64,000 nucleotides of DNA from Stegostoma tigrinum (lineage: Eukaryota): the NCBI RefSeq assembly GCF_030684315.1, contig NC_081371.1:31119440-31183439 (forward strand), given 5' to 3'. The notes under the pieces are model-generated. The model did not search any database. It was given only the letters and a program-made list of their open reading frames with translations, and had not been told where the DNA came from. Made by a program: the position numbers and the translations under genes. Position 1 is the stretch's first letter; every line of letters begins with the position of its first letter. Shown piece after piece: positions 13,001-28,000 of the stretch.

Positions 13001-16000
13001 CAAACTATTGTACCCAGTTAGTTAACATTGTTTTTCCTGTGAAAGTTACAGCAAATGCAATTGAAAAGTGAATTCGTGGTCTGTAGTTTGTCATGTCAGT
13101 CATGAAATCCTAGTAAATAATGCTTCCCTTCCTCCCACACAAAGTAGGTTGGTGGTCATTAGTTTGATAATAATCAACAGAGACAGCAAAGATGATTTCA
13201 ATCTATCTGGTTGGTCACAGAGTTTAATACAGAGTACAGTACTCACAACACAACTTATTTTCATCAATTGATTTTCTTCCTAAATACCTGGCTGATGCAG
13301 AGATTTATAATAACATTACTTTTAATCTATTCAAATTAATTCTCTTCTCTCTTAATTCAGCTAATTCTTCTGATGAACTTCTTCAGATGGCTACTTCCAT
13401 CTCATTCCAGCAGTTTCTCAAGCTTTTCCACTACTTCAGTCCCTCTTTAAGCAGTCCTACTTTCTGATGCTTACAGTTCACTGTTTCGAACAATAAATAA
13501 TTGTTCAAAATTGTTGTTCAATACTGATCAATGAATATTATCAAAAAGCTTGCTGAAACCTTAAAATCAATATCTGAGATGGAGGTGGAGAGCTGCCTTT
13601 TGGAACAGCTGGAATTCATGTGGTGCAGCTAAACCCATGGCATTATATGGAAGGGAGTCTCAGCATAGTGTAGATGTTGGACAGGCTTTGGGAGTTAGGA
13701 AGTGAGCTATTCATTACAGGATTCTAATTCTTGGACTATCAGAAAAGCAGCAGTATTCATGTAGCTGGACTGGTTTAGTTTTTGGTGAATTGTAACTCTC
13801 AAGATATTGTTAATGGGGCATTTAGCACTGGTAATGCTATTGAATGTTGAATACCAAGGCGATTTCATTAAATATTCTCTAATTTTGTTGGAGATTATCT
13901 TGCCTGGCATGAATCTCACTTGCTGAATATTTTATTGGCAATTGTTTGGTGATATTTGATTTTATTTAATTCATAGTCTTCATACCAATTTACTTCTTGC
14001 TTATATACAGGTTTACCTTTTCAATTGTAAAGAGTTAATTTCTTTGTAACTTAAACGGAAACGAGGTGATTTTGAAATATATGCTATATTATCAATATGG
14101 AACAAAGTGAGACAAAGGATTGGTTTCCTTCTTTTGAACATTATATGAATTCCATTGACATTCCCACTTTCAAAGTCAAAATTTATCAGGATGTCAACAT
14201 AACATTCTGAACACTGCTCTACGTTCACTGACAGGCCCAGTTCATTCTTAAGCAAGAAAGAATGTAATGGAGAAACAAATACAGCCTTATTATCCTCACC
14301 TGCAAAACATTCTGATTATAGTCAACAGTTAACAAATTATAGCTTTGAGGTAAAGCTTTCATACGTCTACTCCTCTTTGTCTGCAGCTCATCACAGGCCA
14401 CTTCACAACTGTGACAACAGTCAACACCAACATACCAAGATACACAACAGCAAGTCACATCACTAAGATTTCTTCAACAGCATCTTCCAAACTGTGACCT
14501 CCCCTGCCGAGGCACATAAGAACATGGTATAAAAAAATGTATAGACTCAATATTCTGTTTGTCAATATAGTAATTCTGAACTCCAGATATAATTTAGTTT
14601 TAAATTTGTTGATTAACTGATCATATCACCTGCAATTCCCCTCAAGTCACTCGGCATCCTGGTTTCAAAATATATTGGCTTTTCTTCAATGTTAAAGGAT
14701 CAAATTCTTTGAACTCCCTCTTAAAGAGTAATGTAGTGTATGAACATCACATACACTGTAGATTTCAGGCAGGTGATGACTCACCATCACCTTCTCAAGG
14801 ACCATGAAGAATGGACAATAAAGGTTAGCGTTGGATGCTCCCAGGCAGTCATCATTTGAAGTACAGTCATCATTTTTCAAGCAAACATAGCAGTTAATCT
14901 CTGCACGTCGGCCTGATTTTTCAAGAAAGATCTGACAAAACTCAAGAGAATCTGCACTGAATGGCCCTATTTTCATTTGGGGACTAGTGGTATGAAAATA
15001 TTATGTTGCCATCTTTTAGTTGGAGTTGGGATCCTGAGCTCAAATATTGAATGTGTTATTAATGACTTCATCACATGGGTGAGAACATCAGAACAACAAA
15101 GTCCAGAACATCCTATAGTTCATCTTCTTGCCTTCAAAAAAATCCATTGGTGAAAATGTTTGTTTTGTTTTGGAAAGTCAAACATTGCAGAGGAATGTGT
15201 CTTTTTTTGCCCTTTTCCTGAAGAGTAAGTGAGAGGGTTGTGTGTGTATGTCTCAGAATATTTCCAGGGATAAGAATTCATAATTCTACATCACTGAACT
15301 GTGTATGTCAATCAATTATTTCATCCTTATTGAATAAGGTTTGTATTGATAATAAACCAGCAATTGTATTTATTAGGAAACTTGGTTGAAGGTCCCTTTT
15401 CTGTAAAGTGTGACATTGACAAGAAATTTAATTGGTCATCATGATAATTAGAAGAAGTATTTTTATTTTTTTTTCTTTTGACCTGTGGAGTGTGGAACTA
15501 AATTGAAAGCACTTCTCAAGCCTTGGTCATAAAAATTGAGCCATAACATCTTTTATATTCATCTGAATCAGGTTGATCAACCTTCAGTCAAACATTTCTG
15601 TTCAAAGATGGAATTTTAAAGCAGCACTCCCTGAATATTTCGCTGAAGCATCAATTTAAATTACGTGCAGATGTCTTGGAATTTCAGACAGATGAAAGTT
15701 GAGCTAACAAGAATACAATAACATCCTTGCATTGTGATAGCATTAAAATCATCGTTCTCCTCTAATCATAAGAAAATCTTCCTCCCTGTTCCACAATATA
15801 TAGTAGAAGGTGACATAGGTAAAAGGGCCAAATAGCCCTTTTCTGTGTTCTATAATACCAGATTGTATAAACATCATACAAAGCCTTATCATGCATCTTC
15901 CACATCTGATAGATTTTTTGAAGGGTAAACCAATAATCTAAATCATGTAAAATAAAAATATTTCGTATGATTATTAACCGTTTCGACGTTGTGATAAGTT

Positions 16001-19000
16001 GATATGTAATACATTGAAAACTTCTCTGTAACTGTTATGTGCCTGTTGCTTATCTGTTTTCTTCTCTCCACTGGTGAATCCTACATCACTGTTAAAGAAA
16101 AGGAATTAAAAGCGTTTGTTTCCGTAACACTAACTAGTGAGTCTAACCGAGCAAATTTTGACCACTATTCAGTGCTGACGCCTTTGTCAATTATAAAGCA
16201 ATTAACATATGTGTTTCAAAGTGAACAAGTATACTTCAGTGTATGGTCCAGAGACCAGGAGAGTTCATTGCCACCCCTCTTAAAATTTCTTTTAAAAGTA
16301 AGTGGCCATATTCCACTCCTACCAAGTTCTTGACAGAAAAATTGAAAGCAAAGGTATTGACAAATTGTGCACATGCAGAACATACAAAGAACATTTTCAA
16401 AGTCTCCTTCCAAAGTTTGGTGCAACCTTGAATTGTCAGACAAAGTTCAAACCCCACTTCAGACACATGCAACAGCTCAAAAACATCAATGGTTATCAAA
16501 TAAGGGTAAAGGAGAGAAATTATGTTGCTCTCAAGCTGAACTGTATTTTCTTTGATACTTTGGTTTTAGCTGCCTCTCTGATGGTTGTTTGCACTATAAA
16601 TACTTTCTAATCAACCTGTTCAGAGATAGCATTACATACCTTTGGAGCAGGTGGGACTTGAACCCAGGCCTCCGAGCTCAGAGTTAGGGACAATACAGCT
16701 GCACCTTATGGCCCTTTTGCTTGCTTTGTAGACATTTTCAAAACAACCTATTCTGAGAAGTTACTATGCACCTCTAAAGGAGGTGGGATGTCAATGTTTT
16801 GACTTGGCTCTTGGCTAAGAGTTAGGGATACTACCATTGTGTAACAAATGACCCCATGTTGTTTGCCTTCCAATGTATTATGGCATATGGTTTGTACCTA
16901 TGTGCTATATGAATCCTGAGCCATTATTGTCACCACATACATTAAACACCAATAGAAAGTCACAACATTGTCACTTTTGTACAATGATATTAGCTGGAAA
17001 GTTTTGGATTTGGTAACTGTGCTTTTGCTACATGTTAACACTTCATGTTTATAAATAAATGAACTAAAACTGAATGTAAAACAAAATTACCATCTTAAAA
17101 TGAACTTTATACTGCTTTGTGGTTGCAACTTAGGTTCTTCAACAAGTCACGAAACTCATCCCATTCATTATTGGACCCTAATCTTTGACATTAAATATAG
17201 ACCTTTTAATGCAGCATGAATCAATTGGTCACTGGTAGTAATCAACACTGGTATTTCATACATTTATCAGAAGAGTTGGACAAGAGAAGCAAACAATGGG
17301 AACAGTTCTGGTTATCATGCTACCAGAAGGATGTAATGGCTCTGGAGAAGGTACAGAAAGGGTTTACCAGAATTTTGCCCAGTTTGGAGGATGACAGCTA
17401 TGAGGAGAGATTGGACAAACGTGGTTTGTTTTTACTCGAATGTCAGAGGCTGAGAGGCAGCCTAATAGAAGATTACAGAATTATGGTAGACATGGATAGA
17501 ATGGATAATCAGAGGCTTTTTCTCAGGATTGAAATACCAATTACTGGAGGACTCTGGTTAGGTAAACGGTGATAAAGTTTAAAAGAGATGTAAGAGACCC
17601 ACACAGAGGGTCATAAGTGCCCAGAACGCACTGCCAGAGGAGGTGGTAGAAGCAAAATGCGCAACATTTAACATGCATCTTAAGAGATACATGAATAGGC
17701 AGGGAATAGAGGGATTTGGACAGCATAGAGGCAAAAGGTTGTTAGAAAGGCGATGCATGCCAGCTCAGGCTTGGTGGGCTGAAGGTCCTGTTCCTGCGCT
17801 GTAAAGTTCTTTGTTTTTTGTTCTATGAAGGGATGAGATCGCGACACAGATAGTGGAAAAGTGAGTTGTGAAGAGGATATATACACCCTACAGAAGGGCA
17901 TGGATAGGTTGTGTGAGTTGGCAAAAGTCTGGCAAATGTAGAAAAGTTTGAAATTATTCATTTTGGCAGAACAAATAGAAAAGAAGCATATTCTCTAAAT
18001 GGTGAGAGGTTGAAGAGCTCAGAGATGCAGAGAAAACTGTGCATCATAGTGCATGAATAACAGGTTAATAAGCAGCTACAGTAGTATTCAGGAAAGCTAA
18101 CAGAACATAAAGGTTTACTGAGAGGGGAATTGAATATGAGAAGTTATCCTTCAGTTATACAGAGCATGTGTGAGACCACATCTGGAGTACTGTGTATAGC
18201 ACTGGTCACCACATTTATGGAACGATATTAATGTGCTGGAAGCAGTTCAGAGAAGGTTTATTAATCTAACACCTGGAATGAGTGGATTGCCTTATGAGGA
18301 AGGGCTACACAGGCTGGGTCTATATCCTCTGGAGTTTGGAAGAGTCAGAGATGGCTTAACTAGATCCTCTAGAGGTGAATGTTGACAGCATGCATCACCT
18401 TTTGGGAGAACCTAGAACTAGGGTTGCCTAGTTGAAAAATAAGGGGACGCTCATTCAAAACAGAGATGAGGAATTTTTCTCTCTCAGAGGGTTTAGTGTC
18501 TTTGGAATTGCCTTCCTCAAAAAACAATGGATGCAGAATTTTTTAAAGGTTTTTTTTAATAGCAGAGAGAGATAGCTTATTGATTAACAGGGATGAAAGA
18601 TTATTGGGGATATGTAGGATTGTAGAGTTGAGGTTAAAGTCAGAGGACCCTGATCTCAGACATTATGGACAGGCTCAAGGGGCTGAGTGGCCTACTTTTG
18701 TTCCTTGTCCATATGTCCAATTTGGAGAGAAATTTAATTTACGTGATAACACAATTAACAAGTACTTCTCTTACCAGGATTAGTAAATAGTTGACTCTCC
18801 ACTGTTTTAGCAATGCATTGGAGTTTGACAGCTTCCAGTGAATATTCCACATGCAGGACATCGGGCATACTGCGCAAGGTGTCTCTCACCAGGTTTGCCA
18901 CTTCTCGCACATCTATCAGTTTCAGAAGCTCGGAGTACACAGCTGGGAAAGAGCTCAGGAACACAGCCTGGTGAAAACAAAGTAAGCTAGTCACCAACTG

Positions 19001-22000
19001 AACAAACTCAACATTAAAACTAAACTTGAACCATTAGAAGTGCAGAAGCAGTTGTATCATTCTGCTCACCACCTCCTCCCTCCCATGATCCAGCACCTTA
19101 AGCACTCCACCCAGGCAAACAGCAATAATTGCTCAATGTTCAGTTGAGGATACTGCATTCACAACTTGTGATGTAACCTCCTCTATACTTGGGATATTGA
19201 GGACTGAATGCTGCATATTTCAGTTCAGACTGCATGATTGATCCTGAGCTTCCAATTGCTGGCTAATTTGATTCTTCATCTCACTCCCACTCTGACATCG
19301 CTGTCCTCTGCCTCTTATTGATCTAAGTTTGCAGAACAGCACTTCATTTTCAATTCGATTATTTCCATCCTTCCAGACTCAACACTAAATTTAATAATTG
19401 CAGATCATGATTGCTGACCCCATATTCATTTGCAACTCCTCCAAACCCATCTTTTGTTTCTTTACTTGTCCTGTTGCAACCTCTTTTTATCTTGTATCAT
19501 CATTCTTCTTATAATTTAAGTGCTCCTGCCTTTCACCATATCATATTCCTTTGCTTTATCACTTAGCTTCCTTCCTTTGTCCCTTTCTTCTTTTCCCAGC
19601 CCCACCCTGGTTTAAATTGTTACAGCTTGAACTTCTTCTATGGTTTAAGGTCATGGTGGCTGGCAACCCAAATTCACTGTCTGCACTGTGGAGCTTTGCA
19701 GTTAATTAAACTGATTATGACGCATTCTGTGGGCATGTCAGCAATTTGCAATCAGTAATATGGAGGCCACCACCTCTATGGAGGCAGCCTGGTGAGACCA
19801 TTGGAGCCAGAAACTTCATGCTTTGAAGACAAGTGATATAGGAGCAAAAATAAGCCATTCAGCCCATCGAGTCTGCTCCACAATTCAATGCAATCACAGC
19901 TGATTTAATAATCTGCAACTCCACATTCCTGCCTTTTCTTCTTAACACTTGATTACCTTATTAATTAAAGCACTGTCTATCTCAGCCTTGAATATACTTA
20001 ATGGTCCCTCTACAGCCCTCTTTGGGTAAGGAATTCCATAGATTCACTACCCTCAGAGAAGAAAAGCCTCACTTCTGTCACAACTGTGCAACCACTTATT
20101 CTGCAATTATGTCCTGTCATCCTAGAATCTCCCACAAGGCAAAAGAATCTTTCCTCTGAAGAGTGGCTCATCAATAGAAAAGACCACACCTGTGGCCGAA
20201 ACATGCACCTGGGGAGGTTTCCTCTCTGCTTTCGAGGGGCCTAAAGGCTTCACCCTTGATAACTTTAATCTTCAACATAAGCCTCCATGTTGAGGGAGAA
20301 CCAAAGGTATTCCATGTTGAGGCATACGGTTTTCTCAGTGATGGTGCTGAATCTCAGGGTTGATTGCCTACTCACTGAGCTGACTGCATCAGGCTGCCTG
20401 TGCCACATTCTTATGCTGCTGATATAAGGAGGCTGCCTTCGAGAAGATTGCGTAGTTAGGCAAAGAAGTGCAGGCGATGGGATGCCACTCAATACTGGCT
20501 TTAGTATTCCCAAAGCCTACAGGAAATTTCAACCTGATGACTCCCAATATTTATAGGATTTCTCAAGCTCATGCAAAATGACTTTCAAATTTACTGATCT
20601 TTTCAATGCCAGCTGAATAAAAGAAAAGAAAATGTAGTCAAACTACCAAATGTAAATTTCTGTATAGTTAGAAAATGAAATGTGACTGCTCAAAAACAAA
20701 AGGAGCATTCAAAATTTACAGATAGATGATTGAATTATTCATTTCGGGAATTAAGAGCAACCATATCTTTTAATATAAAAGGACATGTGTCTGGAATTTC
20801 ACAACAGAATAGTGGATTGGAGGTGAAATGGGTCATTGAAAATTTTTTGTCTTCACTTGGGGATGCGGGTATTGCTGACTGGGCAGCCTTTATTGCTCAT
20901 TCTTAGTTGCCTTTGAGAAGGTGACAGTGGACTTCCTTCTTGAACTGCTTCAGTCCATGTGTTATGGCTAGACAGTTAGGAAGGGAATTCCAAGTCAAGA
21001 TGGCGTGCAGCTTGGAGGGAACTTTGAAGTGGTGGTGTTCTCATCTAACTGCTGTTTTTTGAGATGGAAGTGATTGTGGATTTGGGAGGTGCAGTCTAAG
21101 GAAGTAATCAAACCAGCTGCTTTGTCCTGGATGCTGTCAAGTACCCCAAGTGTTGTTAGAGTTGCATTCATACAGGCAAGTTAGGGGTATTCTATCACAC
21201 TCCTGACTTGTGACTTGTAGAAGGTGACTAGGTTTTGGGGAGTTAGGAGGTGACTTGCTTGCTGCAGGATTCCAAGCCTCTGACCTGTTCTTGGACCTAT
21301 TGTATTTATATGGTTTGTCAAGTTCAGTTCCTAGTCAATGGTAACCCCCAGGATTTTCTAGTGGAGGACTCAGTGATGGTAACACCCACTGCTGTCGAGG
21401 GGCAATGGTTAGCTTGTCTCATATTAAAGATAGCTATTGACTGGCATTTAAGTGGCGTCAATCTTATTTGCTACTTTTCAGCCAAAGCTGGAGACCAAAC
21501 AGCAATAATGGTACAAGACGGTGACACAAAACAAGTGCTGACGAATGAGGTGCAATTCCTCATATTCTGCTTGATTTTATTTAACTTCAAAGGAAATTGT
21601 TTGGGGTATAAAATGAGGTACTGGCTCATGAGCATCAATTTTACATTTTGCTCAACTTGGAGAATGGAGGACTTACACAGAATTTCTGGCAAATCTTTCT
21701 GGTAGTGAGTTATACTGAAATTTCCTGGGAATCTCTTTCACTTATGTCAGCACATTAGAATGATCATAAATCAAGTGGAAATCCATGTTACCAGCCAAGG
21801 CTTAAGCAAAGTATGACATTCACAGCACACTCCTCTTTTAAGTTTCTCTTTTGCTAACAGAATCTGAGCTGATTGGTGAGATTGAAACCAAGATCCATAC
21901 ATTGTTCCTTTTGTAGTCTCTATGGGCTTACTCAGTCTTATCCCGCTCATCGCACAACTGTCAGTGCTCAGATAATTAATAGCCATCACTTGCTTCTCTT

Positions 22001-25000
22001 GGCTTTGAATAAAGACATTAAAACACTTAAACAAATTTGATTAACCAGACATCAATATCTTTGGGTGCAAAAATAGATGCAGTCTGTTTCAGTAAAACCA
22101 GCTGTGCAAGATTTTCAGGTGAACCTAAACAAGTGCTTAAAGATATCAACAATATATAATAGATCCCCGTGTGGAGAAGTGTTTTTAAAAACTCTTCAGA
22201 AAGCACCTTCCTATGTGACAAAAGCCACCTTTTGGTACTCTTAGAACATCATTTTGCTACAGCTTTTCAGCAAACTGTAGATGAAATGCAGCAATCCCAG
22301 ACCATCCCATTAGCTGCATCAGTGAAGATCCATGAACTTTTCAATATTTTCTAATTTAATTCCAGTTCAGAACAGCATATAATTCATTTCTAATTTACTT
22401 ATTTGCCAGGGATACACACTGGCTGATTTAAACTATTCAGCGGAAACACCTGCACTGGTCTCTCTGCCGGTTCCTGCACCGGTCTCCCTGCCTGTTCCTG
22501 CACCATAACTTTTGATGTCCCCTCCTATTTCTCAAATATATTCTTCCCCCTTGGTAACATCCTTTCGAACTACATCATCTTGGACACACAGGCTGAAACA
22601 TGTAACTCTACCTCACTACAGGCTCCTTCAATGCCTCTGAAATAACTCCAAAAAGGCTGGTATCCTGCCACCCTATATTTACACGTGGAAAGTCCTTGCC
22701 ACTGATCCAACTCCCTAATAGCCAGCTCCTTGAATGACAGGATGTCTGAAACTCCTGTTCTTATCTTTCAGCCAGGTCTCCCTGACTGGACCAGATTAAT
22801 AGCCCCAATCAAGGAACTAATTTTTTATGAGGTCCACTTGGCTGCCCTCATTAAAATCACCACAGCATCCACTGCCTCAACACTGCTTATCCAATAATCA
22901 ATGTAGGATGAGCAGAAATTTCTTCCATACAAAAAAAAATGGAAAGTCCAATGTCTTCAATCACTATGAGAAACTTTGCTCCCGAAAGGCAAATTCCATC
23001 TCTCTTCTGGCCAACTATTAAAGCAGTTTGCAACCCTCATTTTATATTTAATCATGAGATAAGTATGCAAACATATATCTGAGCATCACCAAGACCACAT
23101 ATTCTCATGTCTGGATATTACTTTCATCACCCTGTTTCTGAAACCCAAATTTATATCTTTCCTACTTTCAGTTTGACTTTTCCAGTGTAATCCTAGTCAA
23201 ATCCTGCATTCCACCCTTTGGAAACCTGTCATCCAAACTTTGTGACCCAAGTCCTAACTCAAAACCATTCACCCATCACCTCTCTACTCACTGACCCATG
23301 CGAGCTGATACAGGATGTCCTTGCATGAAGTTGAAGTGGCATTCCTGAAAATCACAACTTTAAACACAGCATTGATTCACATAGGAACCAATGAAAAAAA
23401 CTGGAATCCAGTTTCAGAGGGTCTTCCTCAGCAGAAAAAGTATTTCAAAACATCATGCCTGTGGCCTCTAAATTGATTCATAGTACTACCTGTACTTTAA
23501 AGAGCTAATTTCCTAAGCTGGTAAAAAAAAGTCAAAAATGAAAGGATTTAAAGACATGAAAGAAAAACGGAATATTCCTCTGACAGTATCTCCATTCCTT
23601 CACTGTGAGACTAACTGCCTGAAGTCTGTGCTGGCAACCAGGTCCTTCCTCATTGAGCTCCAGGTTTCCTGCTGTGTCAATTACTTGTTCGCTTGAGGGG
23701 GTACCAGCAACTCTTGTCCAGTGGAATTTGGCAGCTCTACTGTGATGTACTGCTGGATGTTTGCCGAACGAGCTCCAGCTGGAATCTCATTGGGCGTGAT
23801 GGGAGGGGCTGCTGCCTAGCTCAGTGTGACCTGCGACTTGCAGACTTGGGGGAGCAAAGGGAAGGTTGTCCCTGAGCTAAGTTGTGGCTGGCTTCCTGCA
23901 GGCTTCATGGATGAGGGTCTGGCACCCTGTTGGAGAGGCAGCTGTGCCAGGTCTGGGTGCTGGTGGTGTTGACAGCCTCTCAAATGGTGGCTGCAGCATG
24001 ACCAATGGTAAGCAGCAGCTTCAGTGGTGGGTCTGGGCCTGGGAAGGGAGGGGAGGGCTCCCTGAAGCGGACAACAAGCAGTGGTGTGGCACAGAGACAA
24101 GTTACCCAAAGTTCAACAATCAACTCAGATAATGTACAGCAGTTTATAATGTCAAAACACATCAGATGATGCTCAATGAGATTCTTCAATGAGATTTCTG
24201 GTTCTAACGACAATGTGATTAAAGCAAATAGTGCTGAAAGGAGCAACGTTAAACATATATTGCCTGTATTGGAATGCCTTGCTTTTGCAATTTTCATTCT
24301 TGTTTTCCAAAATGCCTTTGTGGCCCCATCTTTACCCATCTGAAATGCCCTCTAACCCTATAACCCTCCAAAACATCTGTGCTCTCCAGTTATATCTCTT
24401 TAATGGTTTTAATCACTAACCACTGGTCAGCATCCCTCCTTGCCTGGAGGAAATTCATCCTAAAACATCCATTCCCTTTCCTCGTTTAAAAAGTTTCTAA
24501 CAACGTCTCTTTTTGAACAAATACTTAGTCACCTTGTGCTGATTATTTTGTTTGGTAACACTCGTGTGAAGCACGCAGGGAAGTTTTCCTGGATGAAAAG
24601 CACGATATAAACACAAAGGCAGAAGTCACCCGCCACCAAGTTATAGTCCAACGGGTTTATTTGAAATCACAAGCTTTTGGAGCACTGCTCCTTGGTCAGT
24701 TGAAGTCACTTCCCCTGAACTCAACTAACAAAGGAGTGGCGCTCCGAAAGCTTGTGATTTTAAATAAACCTGTTAGACTACAACTTGGTGTCGTGTGATT
24801 TCTGACCTCGTCCAACACAGTCCAACACCAGCACCTCCTCACCATATAAATACAAGTTAAAAATGTCACATTGGCTGACCTGTGTCTGTGTAATGATTGA
24901 GGAGCCTTGGCTTTCAATAGACAGGAAGTAACGCACTGATTGGAATAATTCATAAATATTGCTTCGAAATTCTTCCTCATTCTGTCCACCAGTTGCAAGA

Positions 25001-28000
25001 GTGTATAGGCTTCGGGAATGAATTATATATTTAAATATATATTCCTGTGCCTATAATTAGAATTAGACAACTGTTAATTATATAGCTGTGAAATTATTGT
25101 ACATGTTGCAATTAAAAACTATTGAAACAACAGAAAACAAAAGGTTCACACAATAGCAATAATAAATTGACCTATGTCATTTTAGTACAAATCTAAAATT
25201 CATAACCTGTTGTGTTATGGAGATGACTTATTGCCTAGTGGCTGACACCTTTTTCAGGTATCTATTAATTAACTGTCATTATTCATAATTCATATTCTAA
25301 CAATGACTTTCTGAATAATTAATTAATAATAATTAATAACGGTTGTGTCCAAGTCTTCATAAATGAAAATGTAATTTCTGGATTCATTCAATATCTTGGA
25401 ATCATACAGTGGATCTGTTCAAGCTGGACTTTCCATTGGTTTAATTAAGGTGTGCAGAATCCTACCCAATGCATTGATGTTTAACAATGAGGGTGGTCGA
25501 TTGGCTGGTTTGCAAATTATAGAAATGTCAACATAGTGTGTCTTCAATTCCTGCACCAGCAGAGATTAGCACGAAGGACTCTCTTTCTCAACCTCTCCCT
25601 ACACCTGAGGCATAGCGTTCCTCAGGGTTAAACCACTACCTCACTCTCTTTCTCTCTTCTGAGAGAGCAGCCCAATCATCTGGTAAAAGGATATAGATTG
25701 CTCCCTCCCCTGCAAGGAAAGCAGGTGGATGCTACCCGCTGCTGAGAATGCCTGCCTCACCGGCAGGGCATACTGACAGTGGGCTAATTGCTGGAGAATC
25801 GAGCCAGCATTTGAGAGTGGGAAGAACAACCACTCTCAGAAGCTGCTGACCAGCAGCTCCATCATTTCCAATAGTGCCAGTGCTTAGTAGTGGGTGTTGT
25901 CAGGTATGTAGGAGGTAGCTCAAAGAGGATCATGTCCACATCAAGAGACTAAGTCCTGGAATTTCAGGATGAGGAGGAACCCCAGAGTCCAGGGAGGAGT
26001 GTGGAATAGCAGTGTCAGACAGTGAGTGCAGAAGGAAGTGGGCAAGTTAGGATATCACAATGTGTCCTGAAAGTGTCCTCCTACATCCCATCTTTTTTCT
26101 TGCAGGCCAATAAAAACAAATAGTCTAACCACTCCTGTTTGACTGACTGTATGAAGTGCATCATAGCATGAACAGCACATTATTCAGGTCAATGAGCCTG
26201 TTAACAAGCTAAATGACCCTGAATGATTTATTTAAATATGGTAAGCAGGTTGCCAGTTTCACTGCCTGCCTGCCTAGTATATTATGCAGATGTGCAGGAG
26301 GGGAGTGAGCTAGCCACCTGATGTACTTTATAGCCACCTTCCCTGTTCAAAAGTGTCAGATAGAGGTACATCAAATCCAGTCCCAAACCTCTTCATCTTC
26401 AATAATAGGACATTTAAACTTGCAGAATCCCTCAATATGAGGGGACACTGATGTTCATATTTCAATGTCATTATTTGAACAATGTTTCCCACACTTAAAA
26501 AAAAATCACTGAAGACAACTGCAAACAAGGCTCTTGCATCAAATGGTTTTCTAGTGATTACAATCACTGAATAGTGTTTGTTAGTCTGACATAAGCTAAT
26601 AATAATCTATATACAAGGTTTGCTTAGGATGTCAGATCTTTCCTATTCGGATAGCATTCTCTAAGTGATATTTGGATAGGGTTTTCACATTATAGAGCTC
26701 CCTTTCATTGTAAAACCATGTAGATAAAATGAGAGCGAGAAGGAAAAGAAATTGAAATTAAGAAAGAGAGATGAGATAGAGACAGTAGGAGAAAGTTATA
26801 AACAATTCCTTATATTTCCATACCTCCTATGCCGATTCCATTCTGACACTGCTCATTATATAAGTTACTTTTCTGTGCCAGAGAAGCTGCTCAGTAATAA
26901 ATATGATTGAGTATAATGTTAAAAATTCATTTGCACTTGAATCAATAATTACGTGTTTCACGGGTGTCAACTGAGCAAATGACATTCACATCCTCAAATA
27001 CCAAAGGCACAAAGCATGTGTAGTAACAGTCAAAACAAGCAGCAACATTCTGATGTTTGTGTTTAATCTGCAAACCACAAGTTGATTGAAACTTACACTT
27101 CAATTATATTGAGGACTGATGGCACCATTATTCTTAACACAATATCTAGATCTTTGGTTTATAAGTTTTGCATCTTATCTCTGAACCGCAAGAGTTGTTA
27201 TTTCACTTGTAAGTGCTGCAAATAATTGCAATATTTATGAACTGCACTACATCCCTAGAGTCACTGTAGTAGTGAATTGAAAAGATTGAAATCCTGATGT
27301 ATCTTTAATATGAACATTTATTAGCGCATACAACACTTACCCTCAGAACATCCTGAATATGTTCCTGTCTCTCTGCTTCTATTGATCGATCAATGTATCG
27401 TTTCAGCACTTTTATAAGGTCCCTGTAACATTTAAAGCATCGTGGTGTTATATGAATGTTGATTTTAAAATGTGTGCATTTTCCTCCTTAGTTCTTTTTG
27501 CTGGTGAAAAAGGGTAAACTCCATCGCTATCACTAACTTTCAAAAACCAAATACTATAATGCTTTCAAAAGCAACTCCACTTTTTATGGCCTTTATTTAG
27601 AAAAGTGTGGTCTCATTTTGGTGTCTACAAATTTAGTAATTGGCTATGTGAATTCATTTTCACTTAGTGTACAGAATTTCGACCTGTACCATTCGAGCGA
27701 TGTAAGTTCTATGTTGATACTGACACAGCATTTTCACTGGGGAAAGTTAAACTGCTCTCATCTGAAATTTTTTAGATGCCTTTCAATGATCTACAATTAT
27801 GTGGTGTGTTTTGAGAAAATCAAAGTTCTTTTGTTGAAAACCTGAGCAATCTGAATATAAACAAGAGAGAAAGCGAGAAGTTTAATAGATAATAAAAAGA
27901 TCAAGGAGTATGGGATTATACCCCTGTATGGCTGGTATGCGATATTTATTTTTATTCATGAGGGCACCGGTGGTTAGGCCAGCATTTATTGCCCATCCCT

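Noticed and set aside
16040-16105. Strong minus-strand acceptor ccttttctttaacag at 16089-16103
   Set aside because: It gives an immediate stop in the DOCK4 frame and has no convincing GT donor nearby; treated as a cryptic site.
23600-24130. GC-richer block with several overlapping ORFs
   Set aside because: No recognisable protein and no splice signals in DOCK4 phase. Probably a decayed DNA-transposon interior that I could not classify.
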